A stretch of 63,051 nucleotides of DNA, filler included, from Octopus bimaculoides (Eukaryota), in NCBI RefSeq assembly GCF_001194135.2. It is 4 parts of 4 records of this genome, joined end to end, with 100 filler letters (N's around TTAATTAATTAA, not from the genome) between each part and the next. Parts side by side here need not be neighbours in the genome. Positions count along the whole stretch, not along the records: positions 28,590 to 59,165 come from NC_068983.1; 3 more parts are not named here. One strand, given 5' to 3'. Under the pieces are notes generated by a model, which ran no database searches, was not told where the DNA came from, and was given only the letters and a program-made list of their open reading frames with translations. Made by a program: the position numbers and the translations under genes. Shown here one piece after another: positions 37,644 through 50,334 of the stretch; position 1 is the first letter of the stretch; the number at the start of each line of letters is the position of its first letter.

Positions 37644-38875
37644 TTAGGTTGTTCCGAAAATAATGGTCGATTTATTCTGGAAAAATTAACAATAGAAATA
37701 TTTTAATTAAGCAAAGTATGAGCTGTGAACATCTATGCATCGCTGCTACCGATCAACGAGATTATTTATGCCTTGTTGATAAAAACTTATTGATTTTAAT
37801 GCTAAGAAATCTTTGAAAGCTGATTCCACCTCTGGTTTGGACCTGAAAGTTTTATCACTTAAAAACGTGTTTAAGTGCTTAAAAAATGGCAGTCAGTGGG
37901 TGAAAGATCAGGAGAATATGGCGGATGTGGCAAAGTCTCGTATCCTAAGTCTGTGAGTTCTTGCAGCGTTATTCTTGCAACATGTGTCTTTGCATTATCC
38001 TGGATCAGAATTGGGCCATACTGATTCACCAATGCAGGTCTCATTTTCTGCAAGTGAGCATGCATTTCAGCGAGTTGATGATTGCAGTAAACCTCTGCTG
38101 TAATGGCCAGACCAATTGCAGACCAGCAAACAGTCACCATAATCTTTTGGTGATGCAATTTTGGTTTGAGGAAATGCTTGGGGAACTCATCACAATCAAG
38201 CCGTTGACCTGATCGTTTACGGTTATCATAAAGGATCCACTTTTCGTCACAAATGACTATTGGGTCAAGAAAAGGGTCATTGGTGTCTCGCAGAAAGAGC
38301 ATCGAACATACTTTAAAACGCCGAACGTTTTGATTTTCATTGAGCTCATGCGGTACCCATTTATCGAGATTTTCACCTCATCCATCTTCTGCAGATTGCG
38401 TTAGACCGTTGCAATACAGATACCAAGTGCCTAATACATTTCTCTGGCATTTTAACGTGGTTTTTTTCAACAATTGCTTTCAGTTGTTCATTGTCAAGAC
38501 TCCATGACTGTCCTCTACCTTCTTCATTTTCAAGGATCTCATCACCACTAAGGAGTTTCTGAAAACACCTTCGTACTGTGCGATCACTTGTGGACCCACT
38601 TCTCATTCTCCGTTGATATTGGCAGCAGTTTGGGAGGCATTGTGCCCAAGCTTGAACTCATACAAGAAAAGTAAACGAAGGTCCTTTATTGGCATGTTCA
38701 TAATTAAAGGGGCCAATGCTTCAAGAATGTTTTCTGTCTGAAATAAGTAGAAAATTATGAAAGAGCATGCATCAATGATTAAGTATGTCGAAATTCACTT
38801 AAAATATAATACTATGATAAAATTGCGTTTCAAAACACAACACTTAGAGCGACCATTATTTTCGGAACAACCTAA
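37644..38875 (-). mobile_element. Full-length mariner (DD34D, cecropia/Hsmar1-like), inactive
   Basis: Perfect 26-bp TIRs ttaggttgttccgaaaataatggtcg with TA on both sides. Transposase pseudo-ORF 38701 to 37707: MNMPIKDLRLLFLYEFKLGHNA..., ICDEKW, QDNAKTH, YSPDLSPTD; stops, frameshifts and a short deletion. Confidence 0.95.
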
Positions 38876-38956
38876 TACCATGACTTTCACTAGGTGAACA
38901 ACTATGGAAGATAACAGAACTGCAGTTAATTAATAAGCGATACACTGAACATATAA

Positions 38957-39150
38957 TGGTTCCAAATTTTGGCACAGGGCCAGTAATTTCGGGGGTAGGG
39001 TGTAAGTTGATTGTATCGAAGTCATAATTCAGTCGATACTTATTTTATGTGCCCTGAGAGGATGAAAGGCCAAGCCAACCTCGGCGGAATTGGAACTCAG
39101 AACGTAAAGCTGCTAAGCATTTTGCCCGGTGCAGTAACGATTCTACCACG
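38957..39150 (-). mobile_element. SINE family A
   Basis: ggatgaaaggccaagccaacctcggcggaattggaactcagaacgt. Confidence 0.75.
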
Positions 39151-39724
39151 TATTGTTAGGCGTTTATATCCACTTGAAGTGAGCCAGCAAAAGTTAAGTG
39201 TTCGACCTAGAGCAAACCACAATACCAATAATGGAATTCAAATCATCAAATATTTGGCCGGTAGTTTCAAATACTATCAACATTGCTAATTTCGACTCCT
39301 AATAATGATGATGACAGAAGCAAATATTTAGAACAAACACTTGGGACGGAATTTAATCAGTAACATAAATTGTATATATGTCATATCCGGTTGGGAACGA
39401 ATTATCAATAAGAGTTTTATTACAGTTTGGATACAATAGAAAATAATTGAATGTTGATTTCTCGTATAATTTGGTTTGTGCAGCAAAATTACAACATCCA
39501 GCGTTTAAAATGAAGTGAAGTATCATGAAAATAGTTCGGGCCACGCATATATAACTGTATTTCTGAGAATCGTTCCAAATTGCTGAGTCTTAATTGGATG
39601 TCCATAGTTCATTAACCCTTAATGCCGTTTAAATGAAAGTATTTACTTTTGTGTTCCTAACATGAGTTCCAGCTGGAATTCCTAATATCAAATGCCCAAG
39701 TTCATTATTTGTGAACCAACTAGA

Positions 39725-39890
39725 CATATATATTTCTAACCTAGTCCAGTCGCATCATCGCCTCATTTTACATGTTTCTGATCATTTTCGCCGCAATCCG
39801 AGCACGCCTACTACCATTGAAACCTGCATAACCACAAAATGAGACACGCAAACATACAACTTTCGGCCATTTCACTTTTATATAGAGAGA
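39725..39890 (-). mobile_element. Possible Helitron-like 5' terminus fragment
   Basis: Minus strand starts tctctctatataaaagtgaaatggccgaaagttgtatgtttgcgtgtctc, a TC-start pattern typical of non-autonomous Helitrons. Confidence 0.3.
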
Positions 39891-39928
39891 TAAATGTAAG
39901 CAAATTATAAAAATAACAAAAAATATAT

Positions 39929-40016
39929 ACAGTACAGTACTATTTTTGCTTCACGGATTTTCACGTGTCACGGGGGGTGGGGGAACATAGCACCCGCGAT
40001 AGTTGAGGGATTACTG
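39929..40016. mobile_element. Possible pogo/Tigger-like terminus
   Basis: Ends ccgcgatagttgagggattactg followed by TA (reverse: CAGTAATCCCTC). Confidence 0.35.
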
Positions 40017-40033
40017 TATATATATACCTGATG

Positions 40034-40718
40034 GTACTAGAAAGTACCAGCTTTCCTAGAAATATAAATCAGATGAACTCCGAAGCCACTGAAAGCTCAC
40101 TGCAAACAAAAATGGTGAAAGCGGATGCTGAATAAAAATTATAGCTCCTACCTTTGCTAAGGCCGCAAAAGGAATGGCAGATAACTTAATATCAATTTCG
40201 GGCTCGGTCCTAAAAAACACTTACCCCTATTTAGAAACATTCAGCTCAACCATGCTTACGTGTTCATGTGAAATCCCAACGCACATTCAAAAACGAATTA
40301 AGTGAATAATTTATAAATATATAAGGATATTATTATTAATAATAAATAATAATATTAGTGGCAATCCAAAGTATGAACCATACAAGCAAGTTTAAAAAAC
40401 ATTATTAATGATATCCTTATATATTTATAAATTATTCACTAAGTTCATTTCTGAATGTGCCACACGAACACACAAGCATAGTTGAGGTGAATGTTTTTAA
40501 ATTTGGCTTTCTTTTCAGCAAACTTAAGTGAAGAGGGATGAGTGTTCTTTAGGAAATCGATATTAAGTTATCTGCCGTTCCTTTTGCGGCCTTTGCAAAG
40601 GTAGGAGGTATAATTTTTATTCACCGCTCGCTTTCACCGTGTTTGTTTTCAGTGAGGTTTCTATGTCTTCGGAGTCCGTTTGACTCCTATTTCTAGCAAA
40701 ACTGGTACTTTCTAGTAC
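40034..40718. mobile_element. ~685-bp fold-back element (~300-bp arms) beside (TA)n, with partial hammerheads in both arms
   Basis: gtactagaaagtaccag (40034) mirrors ctggtactttctagtac (40702). Inner arms agtgaataatttataaatatataaggatat. Plus strand 40521-40569: AACTTAA-GTGAAGA-...-GAAATCGATA-TTAAGTT. Confidence 0.8.
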
Positions 40719-40766
40719 TATAATGTTTTTAAACTAGCCTGTACGGTACATGCTTTGGATTGCCAC

Positions 40767-40800
<34 letters not shown>

Positions 40801-40832
40801 TACTATCAATAATAAATTCCTCATGTGCGTGT

Positions 40833-40866
<34 letters not shown>

Positions 40867-42182
40867 ATATGCGTGTGTGTGTGTGTGTTTGTGTGTGTGT
40901 ATATGCGTGTGTGTGTGTGTGTGTATATATATATAAATTAAAAAACATATAGCAAATGCACAAACAAACGGAACACAGATACAGAATGTCACTAACTCTT
41001 CATCAGTTATCGGCCAGAGGATCAAACGCAATTTTGCATCTTACGATAATATTGTTTCCCTTTTCGTGGCGCCAGCAACAAGAAGCTGTCGGGAAATGGG
41101 ACAGAAACATAACTGAACGAGAACGAAGAAACAAGAAATGAATAAACATGCAATACAAAGGTGGTCATACGAACATAAATAAATGTGATTCAAGGCATTA
41201 ATGGACGGACAAAGGACGAAGACGAAATAAATAGTTTACGACATTAGGGCCATCAGAGACGATTGTATGGATATATATATATATATATATATACAAGGAA
41301 AGAAGTATTGACACAGAGAGAGGGGGAGACAGAAATTGAGAGAGTAATCAATATGCAGATAGAGACAGTTAGTTTCTGTATCTAGGCATTGTAAGAGTTG
41401 CGTGATGTATAATACGCGAAACCAGTTTTATGTGATACATGTGTACTGGATCTCTGTTCCTTGATACTGTTTATTAAGTAGCACGTTGCAAATTATATAA
41501 ATTTCTCTCAAATTAGCTTCACAAACAGTTTCAAGAAAGAAATATCTTGGCCTTCCCATGTTTAATTCTATATAAGAGGCTTATTGCCCTTCTGTACTCT
41601 GTTCAGTGAACACCATTTCATACATTGAAAATCGCTACAAATAATTACCATCACAATTTCAGATGATCTCTTAAGAATTCTCACCATTTATATCATTGTG
41701 CAAAGCTCTTTGTTGTAAACATTAGCATTGCTCTTTGGATCGAGGGAATATTTCAATCTTATTGCTTTTCTTTCTTCCTGCTAATCTCAGATAACTACTA
41801 TATTGGTGTACTTATGTGTAATAGATGGTACTGCTGCTGTTATCGCTGCACGTTAAAACCTCCTATATTAAAATCAACACAATTAAACTAATTGGCAAAC
41901 ATTGACTTCTCTACATGCTTTAAACGTGTAACTCATCGGTAATGCGGTTTAATTTGTATGCCCCTTTTATCATTAATTCAACGTCAGCTTCTTCTCTGAA
42001 CATTTAATCCCACCGTGTCACCATTACCTATCAACTGTATTCAGGTGTCAAATTTTTATTTTAGTGCTTTCAAATCTCACACACTCCGAACAAAAGACAT
42101 GGTCCACATTTTCTTCTCCAGAAATTCAGTCCTCTAAAATCACCCACCAACACTTTTTCTGGAGGCAGTGATTGTTTTTGTT

Positions 42183-42562
42183 TGGCACTCCGTCGCTTAC
42201 GACGTCGAGAGTTCCAGTTAATCCGATCAACGGAAAAGCCTGCTCATGAAATTAACGTGCAAGTGGCTGAGCACTCCACAGACACGTGTACACTTAACGT
42301 AGTTCTAGGGGGAGATTCAGCGTGACGCAGTGTGACAAGGCTGACCCTTTGAATTACAGGCACAACAGAAACAGGAAGTAAGAGTGAGAGAAAGTTGTGG
42401 TGGAAGAGTACAGCAGGGTTCGCCACCATCCCCTGCCGGAGCCTCGTGGAGCTTTAGGTGCTTTCGCTCAATAAACACTCACAACGCCCGGTCTGGGAAT
42501 CGAAACCGCGATCCTATGACCACGAGTTCGCTGCCCTAACCACTGGGCCTTTGCGCCTCCAC
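42183..42562 (-). mobile_element. SINE family B (OR-like), full length
   Basis: Close homologue of 20732-21111. Confidence 0.9.
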
Positions 42563-43949
42563 AGGCAATGATTAATACATATTCAAAATGTACCTCAAAC
42601 GCGCCAGTCTCATTGTTATGTTAATGCTTTCAAAGTTCATTGGAATCGTCACTCTCCCGAACTAATGATTAAAAAGAATACGTTTGCACTTTCTTTAAAC
42701 GTTTGTGTCTCTATTATTTTTCATATGATCTACTGATATCTTAGTTCACTGAAACTAAATGCTATGCAGAAGTTAATTTCATTTCTGTATATTCTGAGTT
42801 CCACTGACTACAGTGTAATTATTAGAAACTCAGTTACTGAGTATTTATTGGAAAAAGAGGCCTAGTAATGTTCTAGTTTGATCCAATATTCAAAACAACT
42901 TTGTGAACTATTCTTAAATATTTATGTTCCTTTATGGTAAACATATCCTTAGATAATGATAAATGCAGTTAACGACGGCATTGAAATATGCTGTTTTATG
43001 GACGATTGCTTTCTTGAAAGTAACCCTTTCTAAAATGTTAGGAGAGATGCTCCTTTCCGTAGCAGAAATGTTATGGTCAACTGTTTAGCTTAGCAAAGCA
43101 AGAATGCTTAATTGTTTCGCATTAAATCGGTTCATTTCCTCGTGTAGTTTTGTAACTTTTAATCTTCTGTTACCAGTAAACTCATTTAATTACGATTCTA
43201 CTACCACTGGGTTATCTGACTGCAAACTTGTTACATAAAATATATATAACTTATTTTCACTCTTGTTACGAAAAAGTTAACTGTTTTTCAGTATACGATC
43301 CCTGACAATTTAAAATGTCAGAGACAATTCATAGTGGCTTGAGCTGAAGCAAACGGCTGCTGGAAAAACTTGATTAACCTGTTCCGATCCATACCTCACT
43401 TCCTGCGCTCGAAGGACAAAACCTGGTATCAGCGTGGAATCTAAGAATTATTGGAAAGGCGTCTTCAGACAGTGCAACACGGTGGCCTCTACTTAGAATG
43501 CTATGCTGTTTTCGTTGTCACTTGATGAATAAAGCAAACAAGTTACCAAAATATTGCAAAACTTTTAACTGAACGAAATATATTATACATATAAAACAAA
43601 AAAATTACACATAAGTGTGTGAGTGGCATTTTTAGTCTTTTATTCTTTTCATCAATGGAAAGCGACCATGCTGCAACACCGCCTTATTTTTATTTTTGCT
43701 TATTTCCATTTTTTCCAATTTTGTTGGAGTCTTATGGTATGATGAAAGTGGTCTGTATTTGAGATAGTAAAGCTGATTTTCAATGCCTGCAACCTTTTAT
43801 AGTTCTTTAACTGATGTTATTTTACTATAAAAAAAATTTCTGTAACCCTTCACTTTCTTCTACGAGATTGGCTGTGTTTGTAGACCAAAACTGGGACCAG
43901 TAATCTTGTCAACTGTAAACTAAGGTTCTTGTGTTATGAAAGTTCTCAG

Positions 43950-44990
43950 GATCTAGCGGTTAAATTTGTGATGTACCCCCAAAAAGGTGCAGGAATTAAT
44001 ATGATTACTCTTAATTCCCTTATTTTGAGATTTCCGTCGCTGTGTTTTCTGGTGTAAAATAATTTGTGTGTGTGTCAATTCTGTAATAAAGAACCTGATA
44101 TTTTGATGCGTTGGATTTAGCATTATTTTCATCTCTCGATCAAGAAATGATATTTTTCTCATTCTGGGAGTGTGACGGCAAATTCTGTAGCTTGGATAGC
44201 AATTAATACTTCTGTCCATGCAGCATATCTCGTTAAATTTGCTGAGAGTATCTGATCTTATGCGTGAAAGAGAAATGATAAATAATAGAGACCTTAGAAG
44301 TGGTCCTTGAAGCACACCACTTATTACAAGTGACTTGGCAGTGAGGAGAGTGTTTGCAGGAACAGCTTTATTCCTAGCCTGTAAAAAGCCAAGAATTTTG
44401 TACTCTGAATTTCCTGTGATACCAAGATCCTATGACCGATAATTCCATGATCAATCTTGTCAAAGGCCTTAGCAAAATTAAGGTATATGCAGTCAGTGTC
44501 CATTCCCTTTAGAATATTATTAATGATTGTATTCAGGTGTAGTATTTGTATCAGTCAACTTAGTCTTGTCCGAAATGTATGCTGTAGAACACCAAGAGTT
44601 CGCTTTCCTCCAGATGTTTGATTATTTTTTTTACTACAATGTGTTTTACAATTTTGACGTGTGTGAATGAGTGAGACATGTCTATGAATTTTAACACCAA
44701 CTAAGCTATCCCTTTTGTGTGTACGTGTTATTGTTGCTTCTTCCTGTAATTCTGGAAATATGCCGGACTCTAACGACTTTTCGAATAGTAGGTTTAATGG
44801 TTTGGCCAGACTGTGTTTACACGGTGTGTACAACAAATCATTAATTCACCACGCTTATAAGCAATGTGAATATTGTTAGCTAATATTATCTTCGATCTGT
44901 CTTTCTCTAGTACATAACCAGCAAGGACGTCTATCTCTGCGTCTTGCAGCATCGACGATTTCAATCTATATCTAATTTTATCGTCCAAAT
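43950..44990 (-). mobile_element. CR1-clade LINE RT remnant
   Basis: DCIYLNFAKAFDKIDHG (~44455-44505), SGVLQGPLLRSLLFII, and LFEKSLESGIFPELQEEATIT. Confidence 0.8.
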
Positions 44991-45269
44991 TATGGATTTA
45001 TAGCTCATGAAGTAACTCGGAGAAGGAATGATCTCAGCAGCAATAATCGTATAACTCAACTCTCTTGAGAAGATTCTCCCTATAAACAGCTGCCTTCAAA
45101 CAAATCACTGGGCTAGGAATGACATCATCAAATATTAGGAAATCCGTCCTCTCTGCCCCACTCTATACATGACGGGTGATGACTGTCCACTCGTAACGAG
45201 GGAGATCATCATTGATCATTTCCCACGAAAAATGCCAGCAATACACGTGCATGAATTTATTGCACCAGC

Positions 45270-45600
45270 AGTCAGCTTCAAGTGCCTATGTTTCCCATAT
45301 CAGAAAAACCAAGTTCCCCAAATTGTGATGGTATTTGTGGCTGTTTCCAGTGACGGTGACATCAAGCCGTCCCACATCTTTGAATAAAAATTTAAGGCTC
45401 AATTCAGACGGTTATACGAAACTATCTGAGATTGTGGTCTGTCTCTTGTTGGAGGGGGATGAGTTCGAAGGTCATATGTGTGACAGCAGGATTCAGTTTT
45501 TAGCCAAACCTCCGGAAAGAGGCGAAAATGGTTGTCAGAGTATTTCTACTTCACCAGCCCCAATTTCCGGCCTCCTAATTACTCCGATTATCCAGAACAG
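45270..45600 (+). mobile_element. maT/DD37D-like Tc1-mariner transposase fragment
   Basis: TKFPQIVMVFVAVSSDGDIKPSHIFE, LRLNSDGY, QQDS, and SPNFRPPNYSD across frameshifts. Confidence 0.6.
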
Positions 45601-46485
45601 CCTGAATATTGAAATATATATATATAAACTTATACATACATGTGTAAGATTGTGTATGAATGTGTATGTACGTATGCATGTATTTGTCTATGTCTTTCTA
45701 ATTCCTACTACATTTCGCTTGATTTTTGCCGATTCATACTCATGGCCATTCTTCTAATACAGGATTTTATGTTACTTGTCATGACATCCTCAGTCTCTGG
45801 TATTAAAACACAATGACATTGCTCTTAGTCAAAATAAGCGAGTTGTGAATATCGTAGCCCAGTCATTAAGTTTTCAGTGATCCTAAACTGTAAAGTCTTT
45901 TATCAAAGAAATCCAAAATTTCGCTGTGCAGGACTAAACACTGGAGCAGTCAACGAAAATTTGAGGTCAGTAGCTTGTTTTAGATTGTTCTTCTGCTCCC
46001 GAATCTTACTTACGATCCACATTTCCCTGCTATATAATTAAACATATTCATATATAAATAAATTAATTATATTCCACAGTTTTTCTATCAGAGTTCAACA
46101 TTATTTCCATGCAAATATAAATTCATATATGGGAAAAAAGTTTTCTCACGTGATATTTGTTAAAAGTACGCCAAATTATTATAGATATTAAGATTTCTCC
46201 AGAGGAAATCATGTTTTATAAATAAAAATAGAAATATTATGCATGCTGTTCAAAATTTTTAGGAAATTTGCCAAATGCCAGAACAATCGCCAACAGAATT
46301 CACATGACAATACAAATTATCTGACCATATTCAGATACACACACATGTATAAATAATCGAGTGTATGTATGTACATGTGTTCGTGTGCATGTATGTCTGT
46401 GTATGTATGTGTAAGAATACAGTTATGATTTTTTGTTTCCATATAAGTATCTATATATTAGAACCGCTATTTTACTGAGTAGATT

Positions 46486-46487
<2 letters not shown>

Positions 46488-46553
<66 letters not shown>
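46488..46553. repeat. (AAT)22 microsatellite
   Basis: Direct reading; abuts the R4/Dong-like LINE. Confidence 0.95.
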
Positions 46554-46554
<1 letters not shown>

Positions 46555-47834
46555 TTATGGGGAAAATGTGGGTATTGATGTCAAGGAAAAGAAATATAAT
46601 GGGAGTGACAAAAGAGAAGATCCATGGTGGAAAAGAAAAATACAGGTGGGATTAGTTATGCTCTAGAAGGACATTTCTGTGTTAGACCGAAAAGAGTAGG
46701 GGAAGCTAAAAGGCGAACAAAAATACAGGACACTGAACAAGAAGTATGATATTGAAAGAAAGGGCCTGAAAGTGGTAATGGAAGAACTGAAACAGCGCCT
46801 CGCTGCAAAGAAAGCAAGGATGGTAAGATACGACCAAAAATGAAGGGATACCAGCAGAATAGGTTATTCAGAGTGGATCAGAAGGGATTCTACAAACAAA
46901 TACAGGTGAGAGTGTACAGATAAAAAGTTGATATCAGATAATATTGAAAGTCAAAGGTTTTGGAGTGACATCTGGAGCAAAGACAAGGAGCACAAGAAGG
47001 ATGCTGAATGGTTGAAAGAACTGTCCACAACAAGCAGAACTAATCATTTCAGTTAAGGAAGTGAAGGAAATCAGAAAAAAATGGGCATGGAAGGCCCTGG
47101 GGCCAGATGGAGTTCAAAGTTACGGGATCAAAAGATCTGGTGAATGTCATGCACGAAGAGCTTCACAATTCAACACCTTGTTAAATGCCGACTAAGTAAC
47201 AACACCAGAGTGGTTGAAAATGGGTAGGATAGTGCTGTGCTTGAAAACCATCTTATGTGGAAATTATTAAATGGAATAGTCGCAGAGTCAATGTACGGAC
47301 ATCTAGGTAACAAAAATGGAATCCTGCTACATGAGCAGAAAAGTTGCAAGCGTAAGTGCAGAGGTTCCAAAGATCTAATCCTGGTAGACAAAACTGTACT
47401 TAGAGACTGTTAGAAGAAAAAACTATCTTTGGCAGGTCATGAATCGATTATCGTAATGCGTACGATATGAACCCATATTCTTGGATTATGGAACGCATGA
47501 ACCTATTTGTTATTGTATCCAATGTTGAGCGATTGTTTGGGAAAAGTATGGGGAAGTGGAGGACGAAACTGACAGCATATCGAAGAAGTTTAGGTACAAT
47601 AGAAATCAGCTGAGGCATCTTCCAAGAGGACTACTTGTCCCCACTGATCTTTGTACTGTGCATGATATTACTAACACTGATTCTGAGGAAAGCAAATGCT
47701 GAGTATGTATTCAAGACCTGCCAACAAAAAGTCAACCACTTCTTATTCATGGATGACCTCAAACTTTATGGCAAAGATGAATCTCAAGTCGATTCCCTCG
47801 TGGATACGGTGTATACTTTCAATGCTGATATCAG
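46554..47834 (+). mobile_element. R4/Dong-like non-LTR retrotransposon fragment (pre-RT and RT), truncated at both ends
   Basis: DPWWKRKI, EELKQRLAAKKARMVRYDQ, QQNRLFRVDQKGFYKQI, GIFQEDYLSPLIFVLCM, NHFLFMDDLKLYGK. Confidence 0.8.
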
Positions 47835-50200
47835 GACAAGGCACAAAGGTCAGGCGATAAATGATAACTGAGGCGATGTAAGCATTCACTACATCTGCTC
47901 GACCTTTCAAGGACAGCTTCCAATCAGCCCATTTCTGAGTAAGTCCGGTCACCCGGTTCTCCTCCTTGTTCCAGTTTTTATCAACCAGAACCCGAGCGGT
48001 TTAACTAGTTCGTTGGTTCAGCGTCCGACGACCCCGTCCGATGGCCTCATCCTGCCTCTCCAGGAGCCCAATCGCAAACCCACCGATTTGTTGGTGTTGA
48101 CTTTAGCACCTGCAACCAACTCATATTCCTTTAGGATGATGCCGACAATCTCCACTTCGGAGGCGTTCGACACCATGACACTGACGTCGTCCGCGATATC
48201 CAACACAGCCCTTCCTTGCCCCAATTCGAATGGGATGCCTCTTAGCTGTTCCAACTTCCGCAGCAGTGACTTGCGTTCCAATACGTACAAAAGAGGCGAA
48301 AGCAGGTAGTCTTGACGGACCCAGAGTGCGATGTCAAATGGCTCCGATAGCTGGTCATTTACTTTGACCACTGAACAGGTGCCGCTCAGCACTGCAGCGA
48401 CCCAGCCTCTAAAAACGTGTTCGAAACCGCCTGCCTTCAGGACGGCTTTCAAGTAGCGATGGTCTCAACCCTATCAAATGCTTTTGATTGATTGAAATTG
48501 ATCAGAGCACCCCGAAGCCAGCTTTAGTCCCAGCCCTCTTTATGCAGTATCGCATAAGGTGGAAGTTGTCGTGGATAAACCTGCTCGGGATTGCGCATAT
48601 TTGCGCTCCTCCGACCAGACTACCGACAAGCACTAGCCTTTTCTAAAATCTTGTTTAGCAGGGTTATGTGCCGAAAATTTTCTAGTATGTCCCCATTGTC
48701 GGTGTCCTTCCTCAGCAGAGTCACTACACCTCTGCTAACAGCACTAGGAATTATTCTGTTATCTTGCCAGCTGCAGTAAACGCCTGCAAATAGGTCGCCA
48801 AACAAATCTGGCATGAATACATAGAGTTCATAGGGTAGATCTGCCACTTGCGCAATCGCTCATCACCTTCCAAATTTCAGCGGCTGTTATCAGCCTTTCA
48901 CATAACCTCGCGTAAGCTGCCGAGAGCTACGGCAAGCCGTCCAGGTACGAACTAAAGTTCAGTACCGTTGTCGACCCACCGTCCTCTCCAAACAGCTGCG
49001 CGAAGTGCTGCTGAAAAGCTGCACACATCTGCTTGGAGCCTCGTAGCACGTACCCATCCCGACCCGTCAAAGACCTGATCGTGGTTTTTTTCAACATGGC
49101 GCCTCTACCGTTCGAGCTCATCGGAGATCTTTAGTTCCTTCCTGTTGGAGCGCTCAGACCTTAGCTCTGGCAACGCAACCTTCGTGTTTCACTTCGAAGA
49201 AATGGTCAAGAGTCATTCTCGACGCTAACACATCGGTCTCAAAGCCCTTTTTAATTGCCTCTTCTAATTTGCGAACAAGTTCATCCTCTAATCTATTCCT
49301 ATCTATTGCTAACTCTTTGCTAAACGCTATCATTTCTGTTCTAACCTCCCTCCTCAGGGCGGCTCACCACCGGTTGTTGACGATTTCCTCCGTCAACTGC
49401 CGCTTAACTAGTTCACTAATCCGGTCCATGTAGTCTTTGCGTACCGGAAGGACGCGTTTAACTTCCAGTAAACGGGTCTCTATCTACAGGCCCCAACTCG
49501 AACTCTGCAGATCACAAACATGCGATCTGTGTAGCCGAGTAATTTAAATTGTGGACAACCAAGACTATCCCTCTCCTCTGACCTAACTAATACTTTATCT
49601 ACATACGATCTGAATGACCTATTGTGGTTCTCCATTCCCACACTGGCACATCAGAGAAATCTAGTCGATACCTATCAGACAATTGGAAGTCTCTGATTAG
49701 GTTTTCGAGACTTTTGCATCCCCTTCTGTATACTAGTCCCACACATTCCTTTCGTGCGTCCAAAATCCCATTCCAGTCTCCTGTAAGTACTAAACTGCGC
49801 GAGTTTCCCAGTAATGTTTCTAGACACCTGAAGAATTCTGGTCTCCCAGCCCCTTTCGGAACATAGACGACCACTAATCTAAGGGCGCTACCTTCGCTAC
49901 TATTCACATCTAAGACCACTAAGAAAATTGCCTTTTTTTTTTCGAGATCTAAGTATTTTCAGAATAGCACTGCTACCGCGCCGCCCACTCCTGACAAACC
50001 ACATGATGAGAATATCTCATAGTCATCGAAAATGGGTGCTAGTGCTTACGCATTAGAAATCCTTGTCCCGCTAATTGCAGCCACAGCTAAATCGATCGAC
50101 CTGAGGTCGTTTAGCAAGTGACTTTGCTTCCAAACTAACCCAGGCCATGAACATTCACACGCCCCACCCTGAAAACGACCATGTTTATCAGAGAAACAAA
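47835..50200 (-). mobile_element. Tx1/L1-clade LINE ORF2 (APE plus RT), decayed and 3'-truncated
   Basis: Starts MVVFRVGRVNVHGL at 50182. LVVVYVP, LTGDWNGILD, LPYELY..MPDLFGDL, VRQDYLLSPLLY, IADDV, KLSLKGRADVVNAYIASVIIYRLTFVP. Confidence 0.9.
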
Positions 50201-50201
50201 A

Positions 50202-50334
50202 TGGAAGACATTTAGTAAAGATAAAAAGTCTCATAAGATTCAAACGGTTCCTGGGCGGATATCTCCATCAAATTCCAGACAAACCACTTACACTTGGGTA
50301 TATCTGCAAACAATAACTCTTTATGCGAATGGGC
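50202..50334 (+). mobile_element. CR1 3'-end fragment
   Basis: FKRFLGGYLHQIPDKPLTLGY followed by an NNSLxEW-like stretch. Confidence 0.5.
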
